A stretch of DNA of 55,078 bases from a virus. Its lineage: Duplodnaviria > Caudoviricetes. The position numbers were made by a program, and so were the translations under genes. The notes beneath the pieces are model-generated. The model searched no databases, was not told the DNA's origin, and was given only the letters and a program-made list of their open reading frames with translations. The stretch covers positions 1 through 55,078 of the IMG/VR virus record IMGVR_UViG_3300043296_000111; one strand, given 5' to 3'. Shown here piece after piece: positions 20,288 to 27,689 of the stretch (position 1 is its first letter; every line of letters starts with the position of its first letter).

Positions 20288-21813
20288 TGGAGCATCCCGT
20301 CCACCATGAGGTCGTGTTCGTCCTGCCAGGAGCTGCCCCTCTTGAGGGGCCCCGAGGTGTGCCTCCGCTTCTCCATCTCGTGCAGCAGCGTGGCCTTACT
20401 GAAGGCTCTGACCTCCTGCTCTTTCCAGTTGCTCCGGGAGACGCCTGGGCGGGACGCGAGGGCGTAGCGGGTCTCGTCGTAGTCGTCGTCGCCGCCGTCT
20501 CCGGTGATCGGATCCGCGTCCACCTTCAGGACGTCCTCGGGGTCGTCGGGGTTGGTCGTCATGGTCTCCAGCGAGTCGAAGCAGCGCCGGTTCCCCTCGT
20601 TGTCCATCATGTAGAAGTTGGGCTCGCCGTCGAAGGGATCACCGCCGTCAGCGTCGGGGATGATGCCCTTCCAGGCCACCTGCTCGCGGAAGTTCTTGAG
20701 CCCGGCGTAGCGGGCGATGTTGGCGTGGGTCAGGTAGATCTGAGCGTCCGCGAACCGCTCCTGGGTGGAGGGGGTCTCGTCATCGTTCCGAGCTTTGTGG
20801 TGAGCCCAGCAGTCGTGCCCGGCGACGATGTATCTCAGGTCTGAGATGTTGACATGGTGATTTATAGCGTCCGCGATCCGCCGATCCGACATCAGGCGGC
20901 CCCGGAAGGTGTTGACCTTGTAGATCACGCCGTCCTCGTCCACCGCGTAGTGCCCGAACACCCAGGGGTGGCTGAAGCCCCAGTCGAACGATCCGAACTG
21001 GACCCAGTTGGGTGGGATCCCGAAGGGCTGCAGGAAGTGGATGTCCTCGTCCAACTCATCAAGTCCCATTCCGAAGCCAGCATCCCAGTCGCCGTAGAGG
21101 AGCTGGCGACGGAGCATATCGGGGAGACTGAAGAGCTTCGCCATGTAGACCGCATCGTTGGCGTACACGGGGTTGTCCGTCACGCGAGCTGGGATGAAGC
21201 GCCTGGTCATGGTCGCCCGGAGGACGGCACCGTCGATCCCAGGCATCTCGTAGTCGTAGCGGTAGACCTTTTCCCCACGTTTTCCACACTTGTTGATAAA
21301 CCGCCTCTTGATCCACGGGTGGCCAGGCTTCCCTGGGTTGGCCGAGCCGCGCATCATCAGGATCACGTCGGGGTTCGGGCAGCGGTTCTCGGCCATGAGC
21401 ATGACCCACACCCGCTCGTCCGCGACGTCGCCCACCTCATCGAACCCGATGTAGGCCCACTCCTGGCCGTGGTAACGCTGGACCTCGTCCTTGGTCGAGC
21501 AGTAGCCGAACTGGAGGATGCCGCCGCCTGGGAAGGTCCACCGCTTGAGACCCCCGTTCCAGTGGGGTGCGTTGGCCATCGAAGGGAAGGCGAGCTGGCT
21601 CCGGTCGATCAGCTCCTGGACCTCCGGGAACGTCTGCCGCAGGATCAGCGCCTTGTAGCGCGGCAGGTGCATCTGGGACAGGGCCGCGAAGAGGATGGCG
21701 TCACTCTTCGCGCACCCCTTCGCGCCACCGTAGAGGACCTCCGTTTCGGTGCTGGCGCAGAACTGCCGTTGGGGCTCGCTGTTCGGAGCCCAGACTACAC
21801 CCGGCTCACTCAC
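20284..21813 (-). CDS. terL: Terminase large subunit (509 aa)
   Basis: Q motif PQRQF, Walker A YGGAKGCAKS, Walker B IGFDE, GSANPG, nuclease FDWG and DDDYDETRY. Confidence 0.95.
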   Translation of the reverse strand: MSEPGVVWAPNSEPQRQFCASTETEVLYGGAKGCAKSDAILFAALSQMHLPRYKALILRQTFPEVQELIDRSQLAFPSMANAPHWNGGLKRWTFPGGGILQFGYCSTKDEVQRYHGQEWAYIGFDEVGDVADERVWVMLMAENRCPNPDVILMMRGSANPGKPGHPWIKRRFINKCGKRGEKVYRYDYEMPGIDGAVLRATMTRRFIPARVTDNPVYANDAVYMAKLFSLPDMLRRQLLYGDWDAGFGMGLDELDEDIHFLQPFGIPPNWVQFGSFDWGFSHPWVFGHYAVDEDGVIYKVNTFRGRLMSDRRIADAINHHVNISDLRYIVAGHDCWAHHKARNDDETPSTQERFADAQIYLTHANIARYAGLKNFREQVAWKGIIPDADGGDPFDGEPNFYMMDNEGNRRCFDSLETMTTNPDDPEDVLKVDADPITGDGGDDDYDETRYALASRPGVSRSNWKEQEVRAFSKATLLHEMEKRRHTSGPLKRGSSWQDEHDLMVDGMLQ

Positions 21814-22109
21814 CGATGGCTGATCGCCTGGTTGGCCCAGAACATCGCCTCGGCACAGTGCATGACCGCGTGGTCCTTCTCGGGGCCCTCTTGGACGTGG
21901 TCCTCAATCGCCATGGCCAGGAGCCGGGCTCGCTCCCGGATCGTGCCGATGGCGGCCTTCTGCCGGGTGCCGTTCTGGATCGCGACCGGCTTGTAGAACT
22001 TGTCGGTCGCCTGGATCCGCTGCCGCCTCGAAGCGGCCTGGTGTTGGGGTGGTGCTTCCTGTTCCTGATCGGACATCGTCTCTTCGACTGCTGTGTCAGT
22101 GTCGCTCAT
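21810..22109 (-). CDS. Acb2/Tad1-like helical-hairpin protein (99 aa)
   Basis: IRERARLLAMAIE...GPEKDHAVMHCAEAMFWANQAI resembles the RE.SLA.T.LEEA.MWAN.AI pattern. Confidence 0.55.
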   Translation of the reverse strand: MSDTDTAVEETMSDQEQEAPPQHQAASRRQRIQATDKFYKPVAIQNGTRQKAAIGTIRERARLLAMAIEDHVQEGPEKDHAVMHCAEAMFWANQAISHR

Positions 22110-22117
22110 GCCTGCTC

Positions 22118-22759
22118 CTAGTTGCTCGCGATGACGAAGACCAGGACCCCGACGACGACTGCCGCCCGGCCCTGCCTCCAGACCTGTGTGAGTGCTCCTG
22201 GGGATGCGGCCCGCTCCCAGGCGGCCGACTCCTGCATGGAGAGGGTCAGGGCCGTGTTGAGCCTGGTGATCTCGGTGGACGCGGCCGTGCGCTCGCTGAT
22301 GAGCTGTATCCCGAGGGTGCGCTCCCGCTGCTGGCCCGCGAAGATCTCGGCCGCACTCGTGGCCCTGAAGATCTCGTTGGCCGTCCGTTCCTCCTCCAGC
22401 TCCGTGGTGACCAGCTCCAGGGCGGCTGCCACGATGGGGAGATCCGCTGCTGCGTTCCTGGCCGCCGCGAGGGCAGCGTCGGTGCCGGTCACGGCCTCGG
22501 TGACGGTCGCCTCCGCTTCGGTGAGGATGGAGTCGGTGACTTCCTCGTTCCGATCCTGGAGGGCGATCAGGCTGTCACTCGTGGCCTTCACCAGCTCGTG
22601 GGCATCGGTGGCCACCTCAACGCTGTCGAGTGCGACTTCGAGCTGGTCAGCCAAGAGCCTGGCCTCGGCCGTGGCCGTAAAGTAACTGCGCCCTACGACA
22701 GCCAGGATCACGAGGACCACGATCTGGAAGATCCACTGCGGGCCGGTTGATGGGAGCAC
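22118..22759 (-). CDS. Membrane-anchored coiled-coil protein, spanin-like (213 aa)
   Basis: N- and C-terminal hydrophobic helices flank an Ala/Glu-rich coiled coil. Confidence 0.5.
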   Translation of the reverse strand: MLPSTGPQWIFQIVVLVILAVVGRSYFTATAEARLLADQLEVALDSVEVATDAHELVKATSDSLIALQDRNEEVTDSILTEAEATVTEAVTGTDAALAAARNAAADLPIVAAALELVTTELEEERTANEIFRATSAAEIFAGQQRERTLGIQLISERTAASTEITRLNTALTLSMQESAAWERAASPGALTQVWRQGRAAVVVGVLVFVIASN

Positions 22760-23062
22760 CTAGTCCTTGTCGCCCCGGCCGAGGAGTCCCCTGACCATCG
22801 AAGCGGCCTCCTTCGGGCTGGTGAAGCCGAAGCCGATCAGGGCCATGATGAACCCGATCAGGGCCATCCAGATGTTGTCCTGGAAGATCGCCCCGTTCGC
22901 AGCCACGACGACCCCGACAGTCCCGATCAGGATCCCGCCCTTGGTCTGGTTCTTGGCCCGCTTCGCCTTCTCGTGGGCCTCTCCGATCTTGGCCTGGACC
23001 TCGTCCTCGGACAGCTCGCGGCCGTTGCCACGGCGGTCCACTGGGGGCATTGAAGGTGTCAT
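22760..23062 (-). CDS. Two-TM membrane protein, holin-like (100 aa)
   Basis: Two hydrophobic helices and charged termini. Confidence 0.5.
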   Translation of the reverse strand: MTPSMPPVDRRGNGRELSEDEVQAKIGEAHEKAKRAKNQTKGGILIGTVGVVVAANGAIFQDNIWMALIGFIMALIGFGFTSPKEAASMVRGLLGRGDKD

Positions 23063-23310
23063 CAGTAGTTCGCCCTTCCGTTGAGGTAGACCACGCCGTG
23101 CCGGTGCTCCCACCTGTACTCCATGTCGGGGCGCTGACGGACGCGGGGCCCGAGGTCCATCCCCCGGCCCTTGAAGCTCGCCGTCGCGACCGGACGTCCG
23201 AGGCTCTCGACCACCTCCATGGACGGACCCTTAGACAGAAGAGCCTCGGCCAGCATCCCGCAGCCGAGGACTCCTGCACTGAATCGTTTGATGAACGCTC
23301 TGCGGAGCAT
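23062..23310 (-). CDS. Small protein with twin-arginine-like N-terminus (82 aa)
   Basis: MLRRAFIKR followed by a hydrophobic stretch; GGAGAG SD. Confidence 0.6.
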   Translation of the reverse strand: MLRRAFIKRFSAGVLGCGMLAEALLSKGPSMEVVESLGRPVATASFKGRGMDLGPRVRQRPDMEYRWEHRHGVVYLNGRANY

Positions 23311-23328
23311 CTCACTCTCCAAAGAATC

Positions 23329-23485
23329 GGGCCGTGTCGGGGATGCGGATCAGGCAGCCGATACGTGTCAGCGAGCGCCGTACCACGAGGGGGGCCACTC
23401 CCATCAAGCGCAGCTCTCGCGAGCCACGGCCCTCAAAGAAACGGACGCCAGGAAGGTTTGCAAGACACGGCTCTCTCAAACCGTG
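23329..23485 (-). ncRNA. Candidate structured intergenic RNA
   Basis: 8-bp stem 23329-23336/23425-23432 plus two GNRA-capped hairpins (GCGA, GAGA) that form on the minus strand. Confidence 0.4.
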
Positions 23486-23503
23486 GAGGAGCCGGTCGAA
23501 AGG

Positions 23504-23878
23504 TTAAGCCCCGGTCACCTCGGATGGATACGCGCCCGCACCACCCACCTTCCTGACGCCACTATCGTCACCCTGGGCCGCCGTAAAGAAGCCGCCCTGG
23601 AATCTGTTCATCTGAATCTGCTGGTCCTTCAGGGCCGCTGTGAGCTGGCGCTGATACTCCGTCTTCCCGCCGCCCCGGCCGCCGCCGTAGACCGCCTGGA
23701 AGGCCTCCGGGGTGATCCTCATCTTGCCGATGTACCGCTTGTATTTGACCCCGAGCGGCTTCCACTGCAGGACGCCCAGGCGCTGCAGCCGGTCCCACTT
23801 CGAGAGCCCGGCCGCCGCGACGACAGCCGCAACGGGCGCTGCCAGAATGGTCCTCAGGAATCCCCTTCGAGTCTTCAC
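23504..23878 (-). CDS. Twin-arginine-like protein carrying a Walker A-like motif (124 aa)
   Basis: GTG start with GGAG; TRRGFLRTILAAPVAAVVAAA; internal YGGGRGGGKT. Confidence 0.6.
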   Translation of the reverse strand: MKTRRGFLRTILAAPVAAVVAAAGLSKWDRLQRLGVLQWKPLGVKYKRYIGKMRITPEAFQAVYGGGRGGGKTEYQRQLTAALKDQQIQMNRFQGGFFTAAQGDDSGVRKVGGAGAYPSEVTGA

Positions 23879-23980
23879 TTTTTCGCTCCCCTGCTTGCAC
23901 CCAGGTCGATCTCTGCCTAGATCAACGATACGCGAGTTCATCCTGGGACGCCAGGGAAACACCCGAAAGGAGGCCCACCA

Positions 23981-24208
23981 ATGAGTAGCATGAACGCGAA
24001 CATCCCAGCCTGGGGCACCGAGTCCCGCATCGACCGTCTCGACCGCTGCCGGAAGTACCTGTACGGCGAGATGATCATCACCAGCACGGTCAACGAGGCG
24101 ATCAAGACGAGCCTGGAAGAGGCCCGCGACCGGCAGTACATCGCGGAGCTGGACGACCTGACGGCCAGCGCCTTCACGCCCCCGGAGGAGCCGGAGGACG
24201 AAGAGTGA
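23981..24208 (+). CDS. Hypothetical protein (75 aa)
   Basis: GAAAGGAGG SD; strong GC3 bias. Confidence 0.75.
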   Translation: MSSMNANIPAWGTESRIDRLDRCRKYLYGEMIITSTVNEAIKTSLEEARDRQYIAELDDLTASAFTPPEEPEDEE

Positions 24209-24492
24209 AGTTCACGGTGACCATGGAGTGCGAGGGCTGTGGTCAGAAGTTCGTGGGCCAGGCCGAGCACCTCGTGGACGCGGTCGGCCACCTGGTGAAG
24301 AGCGCCACCGAGGGGGACCACGCGGGCGGCAAGATGAACCAGGAGCTGGAGGCGCTGGCCGCGAAGGCCCAGAGCGTGAACAAGGTGAACGACGTCCTCG
24401 GGGCCCTGGGCATGAGCCCGAGCCAGGTGGTGGTCATGGACAAGGCCGATCTGATCGAACACCTGAAGAAGCTGGAGGGGGACGATGCCTAA
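24205..24492 (+). CDS. Hypothetical protein with CxxC motif (95 aa)
   Basis: GTGA overlap with the previous gene; CEGC. Confidence 0.7.
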   Translation: MKFTVTMECEGCGQKFVGQAEHLVDAVGHLVKSATEGDHAGGKMNQELEALAAKAQSVNKVNDVLGALGMSPSQVVVMDKADLIEHLKKLEGDDA

Positions 24493-25129
24493 GCCGAAGA
24501 TCATCATCACCGACTGGGCGAAGCGCCAGCACTTCAAGGACCGCGAGCCGATCTGGATCAAGCTCTACCGGGAGATGCGTCACGACCGCCGCTGGCGGCA
24601 GCTCTCCGGGGACGCCTGCAAGCTCTACGTCGATCTGAACCTGCTGGCGGCCGAGGAGGAGCCCTTCGGCAACATCACCCTCTACCCGGAGGACCTGGCC
24701 TGGGAGGTGCGCCTCACGCTCCCCGAGCTGATCCTGCTCCTGGCCGAGGTCGATGCCTCCGGTCTGGTGGTGGCCACAGGATATCACGCTGATATCAAGC
24801 GGATATCGTCCCGTCATCAGGATGATGCCGAGGTGCTATCCCTCACGCGCTCGCGAGAGGTAGAGGCAGAGGAAGAGGTAGAGGTAGAGAAAGAAACTAC
24901 CTTGGCCAACACCGGGATGATCGAAGTCCCCCGATCCTCCTTCGCTCCACTGCCCGGCGAAGACCCCACCCCCGAACCCGACCGCGTTCCGCACACCGGC
25001 TACGACGAACAGTGGGTCCACCTGGACCACGATGAGCTGGTCCTGTTCTGCTCCGACTTCGGCATCCCCATCGAACAGATGAACAACACCCTGAAGAGCC
25101 TGGGAGCTTCCGAGATCCTGGAAGCGTGA
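24485..25129 (+). CDS. Replication initiator/replisome organiser-like protein (214 aa)
   Basis: WAKRQHFKDREPIWIKLY N-terminus and REVEAEEEVEVEKE linker resemble phage initiators. Confidence 0.65.
   Translation: MPKPKIIITDWAKRQHFKDREPIWIKLYREMRHDRRWRQLSGDACKLYVDLNLLAAEEEPFGNITLYPEDLAWEVRLTLPELILLLAEVDASGLVVATGYHADIKRISSRHQDDAEVLSLTRSREVEAEEEVEVEKETTLANTGMIEVPRSSFAPLPGEDPTPEPDRVPHTGYDEQWVHLDHDELVLFCSDFGIPIEQMNNTLKSLGASEILEA
24780..24807. repeat. Three GATATC palindromes at 11-bp period (iteron-like)
   Basis: gatatc-acgct-gatatc-aagcg-gatatc inside the initiator-like gene. Confidence 0.55.
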
Positions 25130-25135
25130 TCCTCC

Positions 25136-25345
25136 GTGAACCGCAGGGTCGTTCCGAACTGCCTGGGGACCTACCGCCACTTCTTCGTCTGCGAAGACGT
25201 GACCTGGGACGAGCCCACCGACCTCGGTGAACAGTTGAGGGAGATCACCCTGGTCTGCGCTCGCTGCGGTCTGCACGTCTGGATCGACACCACCACCCGT
25301 CCCTTCATGGGCCTCAAGAGCGACCACGACTGGCCGGGAACCTGA
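25136..25345 (+). CDS. Small Cys-containing protein (69 aa)
   Basis: CARC motif; follows the initiator-like gene. Confidence 0.5.
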   Translation: MNRRVVPNCLGTYRHFFVCEDVTWDEPTDLGEQLREITLVCARCGLHVWIDTTTRPFMGLKSDHDWPGT

Positions 25346-25600
25346 TCCGCCACACCGTCCACACCCACCAGGCCCGCAGCGCCAGGACGTCCAGCTCCGA
25401 AAACTCAGGGAGAAAAAAAATTTGAGGGTGTCACCTGTTGAGGGGGATACTATGATCATGTAGACGCAGGCGGCCATGCGAGCAGAGGTGCCGCACCCGG
25501 CCGGGCGGGCGCAGAGTAGCCTGGCCACCCCCCACCACCTGCAGGCACACCCCCCGCAAGTCCTTGTGTGTCAACGTGTTAGCGTGTGTGAGCACGGCCA

Positions 25601-25628
25601 GGTTAACATAATGTCTATTATACGAAGT
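25601..25628 (-). other. dif-like XerC/XerD recombination site
   Basis: Minus strand ACTTCGTATAA-TAGACA-TTATGTTAACC: 11-6-11 layout; right arm matches E. coli XerD arm TTATGTTAAAT at 9 of 11. Confidence 0.8.
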
Positions 25629-25666
25629 CGCCTCGCTAACGTGCAGGGGGACATACACTTACAGCG

Positions 25667-26032
25667 TCACCCCTCCCCGCTGGTCAGTAGCCTGGGCCCC
25701 TCACCTGGCCCATTCTCAACTAGCACCTCGTCTATACCTGCCCCACGCGGGGGCCTGGGCGGCCTCACCTCCTCGACCGCTTCGAGGGCTGGCAGGTGGA
25801 CGATCCCTAGCACCATGGCCCCTTCCTGGGCATGGATGTGGACCTGGGCCTGGTCTGCAGCTCCCAGGCCGAAGCGACCAAGCGCATCTAATGCGCGGAT
25901 CCGGTCGGCACTCTTCTCTTCGGGGTCGTTCGCGATGGTCGTGAGCACCTCCAGACCGGCGTACAGCCGGGCCCGACACGCGGCCCGTATGACGTTCGGA
26001 GACGCTCCCGCAGCACCCTCGTTTTCGGACAT
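25667..26032 (-). CDS. Putative terminase small subunit (121 aa)
   Basis: GAGGTG SD; helical LTTIAND...DRIRALDALGRFG followed by a beta tail; first gene of the minus arm. Confidence 0.5.
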   Translation of the reverse strand: MSENEGAAGASPNVIRAACRARLYAGLEVLTTIANDPEEKSADRIRALDALGRFGLGAADQAQVHIHAQEGAMVLGIVHLPALEAVEEVRPPRPPRGAGIDEVLVENGPGEGPRLLTSGEG

Positions 26033-26137
26033 CTCACCTCCCAGTGGAACGGCCTGGACGTTGGCGGTTGCTGGCGCGGTCCGCAAGATGCAACCCCAGT
26101 GTCTACCTCGTTTTCTTCCTGACCTCGAACGACACTG

Positions 26138-26166
26138 TTGACACGACACGACGTCGTCGCAATAGT
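26138..26166 (+). promoter_or_regulatory. sigma70-like early promoter P1
   Basis: TTGACA-17-AATAGT at the start of the plus arm; weak -10. Confidence 0.6.
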
Positions 26167-26224
26167 GGAGGTGTCAGGGGAGACGCTCCCCGGCAGAGGA
26201 CCTCTCTCAGAAAGGACGGACAAG

Positions 26225-26512
26225 ATGACGGACCGGACACCGACACCGACCACCAGAAGCTGGATCGCTGAGATGCTCGCAGCGGGTACGACGGATGACT
26301 GGTGCTCGAACGCGCTCATCTTCCCTGACGCGCACTCTGCGGCCAACTACGCCAAGGACCTCTTCTCCAGGTGGATGGGCTGCAGCGACTGGCGGGTGGT
26401 CGAAGTGGACCCGACCCACGAGAAGTACGGGCCGCCCAACCGACCTTCCACCGCGACCCCGGAGCAGCTCGAAGGCTCCGACTACACCGACGCTGACGGC
26501 TTCCCAGCGTGA
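26225..26512 (+). CDS. Early hypothetical protein (95 aa)
   Basis: GAAAGGA SD; NALIF...YAKDLFSRW motif. Confidence 0.8.
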   Translation: MTDRTPTPTTRSWIAEMLAAGTTDDWCSNALIFPDAHSAANYAKDLFSRWMGCSDWRVVEVDPTHEKYGPPNRPSTATPEQLEGSDYTDADGFPA

Positions 26513-26521
26513 ACACCTCCA

Positions 26522-26561
26522 CCGGGCCTGGAGCTTCGGAGGGTTCGACTCCCTCCCCCGG
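26522..26561 (+). ncRNA. tRNA-like T-arm/acceptor element 1
   Basis: ccggg-(11 nt)-ggaggg-TTCGACT-ccctcc-cccgg, intergenic. Confidence 0.7.
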
Positions 26562-26595
26562 CTTTGCCTCTCTCTCTCCTGACAAGGATGACCAG

Positions 26596-27039
26596 ATGAC
26601 TCGCTTCGCTTCCCCGGTGACCAGCTTCGCCGCCGCCGACGCCTTCCTGGGCTCGAAGGACTGGCGCACCATCGGCCACAACACCGCCATCAGGCGGGTG
26701 AGCCCTGACCGGATCGCCGCCCGCTACCACTACACCGACGTCGTGACCTACCACCAGGACGGCCGGATCACCTTCTCCACCGGGGGCTGGATGTCGGTGA
26801 CCACCAAGGTCCGCTTGAACGCTCTCAGCCCCTGCCAGGTCTGGTCCGAGGGGGACGGGGACTGGGCGATCCAGGGCCCGACCGGGGACGCCGCCAGGTT
26901 CGAGGACGGGGTCACCATGGACGCTGAGATGACCTTCCAGAACTGGAAGGAAGCGCGGTTCCTCCTCCGGGAGAGCCGGGCCCGGAGAATGGCGGTGCTC
27001 GACGCCCAGGACGCAGCGGCCAACGGGGACTCAGCGTGA
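26596..27039 (+). CDS. Early hypothetical protein (147 aa)
   Basis: AAGGA SD; TGGWMSVTTKVRLN motif. Confidence 0.8.
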   Translation: MTRFASPVTSFAAADAFLGSKDWRTIGHNTAIRRVSPDRIAARYHYTDVVTYHQDGRITFSTGGWMSVTTKVRLNALSPCQVWSEGDGDWAIQGPTGDAARFEDGVTMDAEMTFQNWKEARFLLRESRARRMAVLDAQDAAANGDSA

Positions 27040-27051
27040 CCCTCTCTCGAC

Positions 27052-27095
27052 GCCTGGACTGGAGGACCGGCGGGGTTCGACTCCCCGCCCCAGGC
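27052..27095 (+). ncRNA. tRNA-like T-arm/acceptor element 2
   Basis: gcctgg-(11 nt)-ggcgggg-TTCGACT-ccccgcc-ccaggc, intergenic. Confidence 0.75.
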
Positions 27096-27128
27096 CTTGC
27101 CTCTCACCTCTCTCGAAAGGACGCTCAG

Positions 27129-27407
27129 ATGACCTTCTCACACGAGACCAAACGCCGCGACTGGAAGGTGGCCGGGACGGCCTACTACGCCACCGCCGAG
27201 GCCTTCGGAGACCGGATCGCCAAGGCCAACCGCCGCCGGGAGACAGCCCGCAAGCGGGCCCTCTTCGCTGACACCAAGGCCAACCGGAAGCTCTACGGGA
27301 CGCCCAGCGCCAACTTCCGGTTCACCCCGATGCCCTCCAGCGCCACCGACCTCCCGCCCTGGTTGGCCGCCTGGCCCGCCGCGATCACCGACGCGGTGAC
27401 CTCGTGA
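27129..27407 (+). CDS. Early basic hypothetical protein (92 aa)
   Basis: CTCTCTCGAAAGGA leader before ATG. Confidence 0.75.
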   Translation: MTFSHETKRRDWKVAGTAYYATAEAFGDRIAKANRRRETARKRALFADTKANRKLYGTPSANFRFTPMPSSATDLPPWLAAWPAAITDAVTS

Positions 27408-27610
27408 GGCCGCTCCTCTTCGCCGCCCTGGTGGCCCTCACGGGCTGCCAGGTGGACATCCAGGTGGACGTCCAGGTGGGCTCTGGCCCGCCGCCCTGCG
27501 CCTGGACGGTCAACCACTCCGGGGTCGAAGAGTGCCACGTCGCCGGGCCCCTGCCCGACCCGCCTGGGAGCTTCATGGCGGTGGACACGACCTCCCACCT
27601 GGTTCTCTGA
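27404..27610 (+). CDS. Putative small lipoprotein (68 aa)
   Basis: MRPLLFAALVALTG-C lipobox; GTGA overlap. Confidence 0.6.
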   Translation: MRPLLFAALVALTGCQVDIQVDVQVGSGPPPCAWTVNHSGVEECHVAGPLPDPPGSFMAVDTTSHLVL

Positions 27611-27626
27611 GATGACCACCCTGAAC

Positions 27627-27669
27627 GCCTGGAGCGGCCCACTGGCGGGTTCGAGTCCCGCCCCCAGGC
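27627..27669 (+). ncRNA. tRNA-like T-arm/acceptor element 3
   Basis: gcctgg-(11 nt)-ggcggg-TTCGAGT-cccgcc-c-ccaggc, intergenic. Confidence 0.75.
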
Positions 27670-27689
27670 CTACCACCAAGGAGACGCAC

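Noticed and set aside
25546-25574. Minus-strand TTGACA as a late promoter
   Set aside because: No acceptable -10 hexamer at 16-18 bp spacing.
27612-27689. N-terminal extensions in the ORF track (26138, 26509, 27036, 27612, 36295 starts)
   Set aside because: Stronger SD-ATG pairs lie downstream; the extensions run through promoter or RNA elements.
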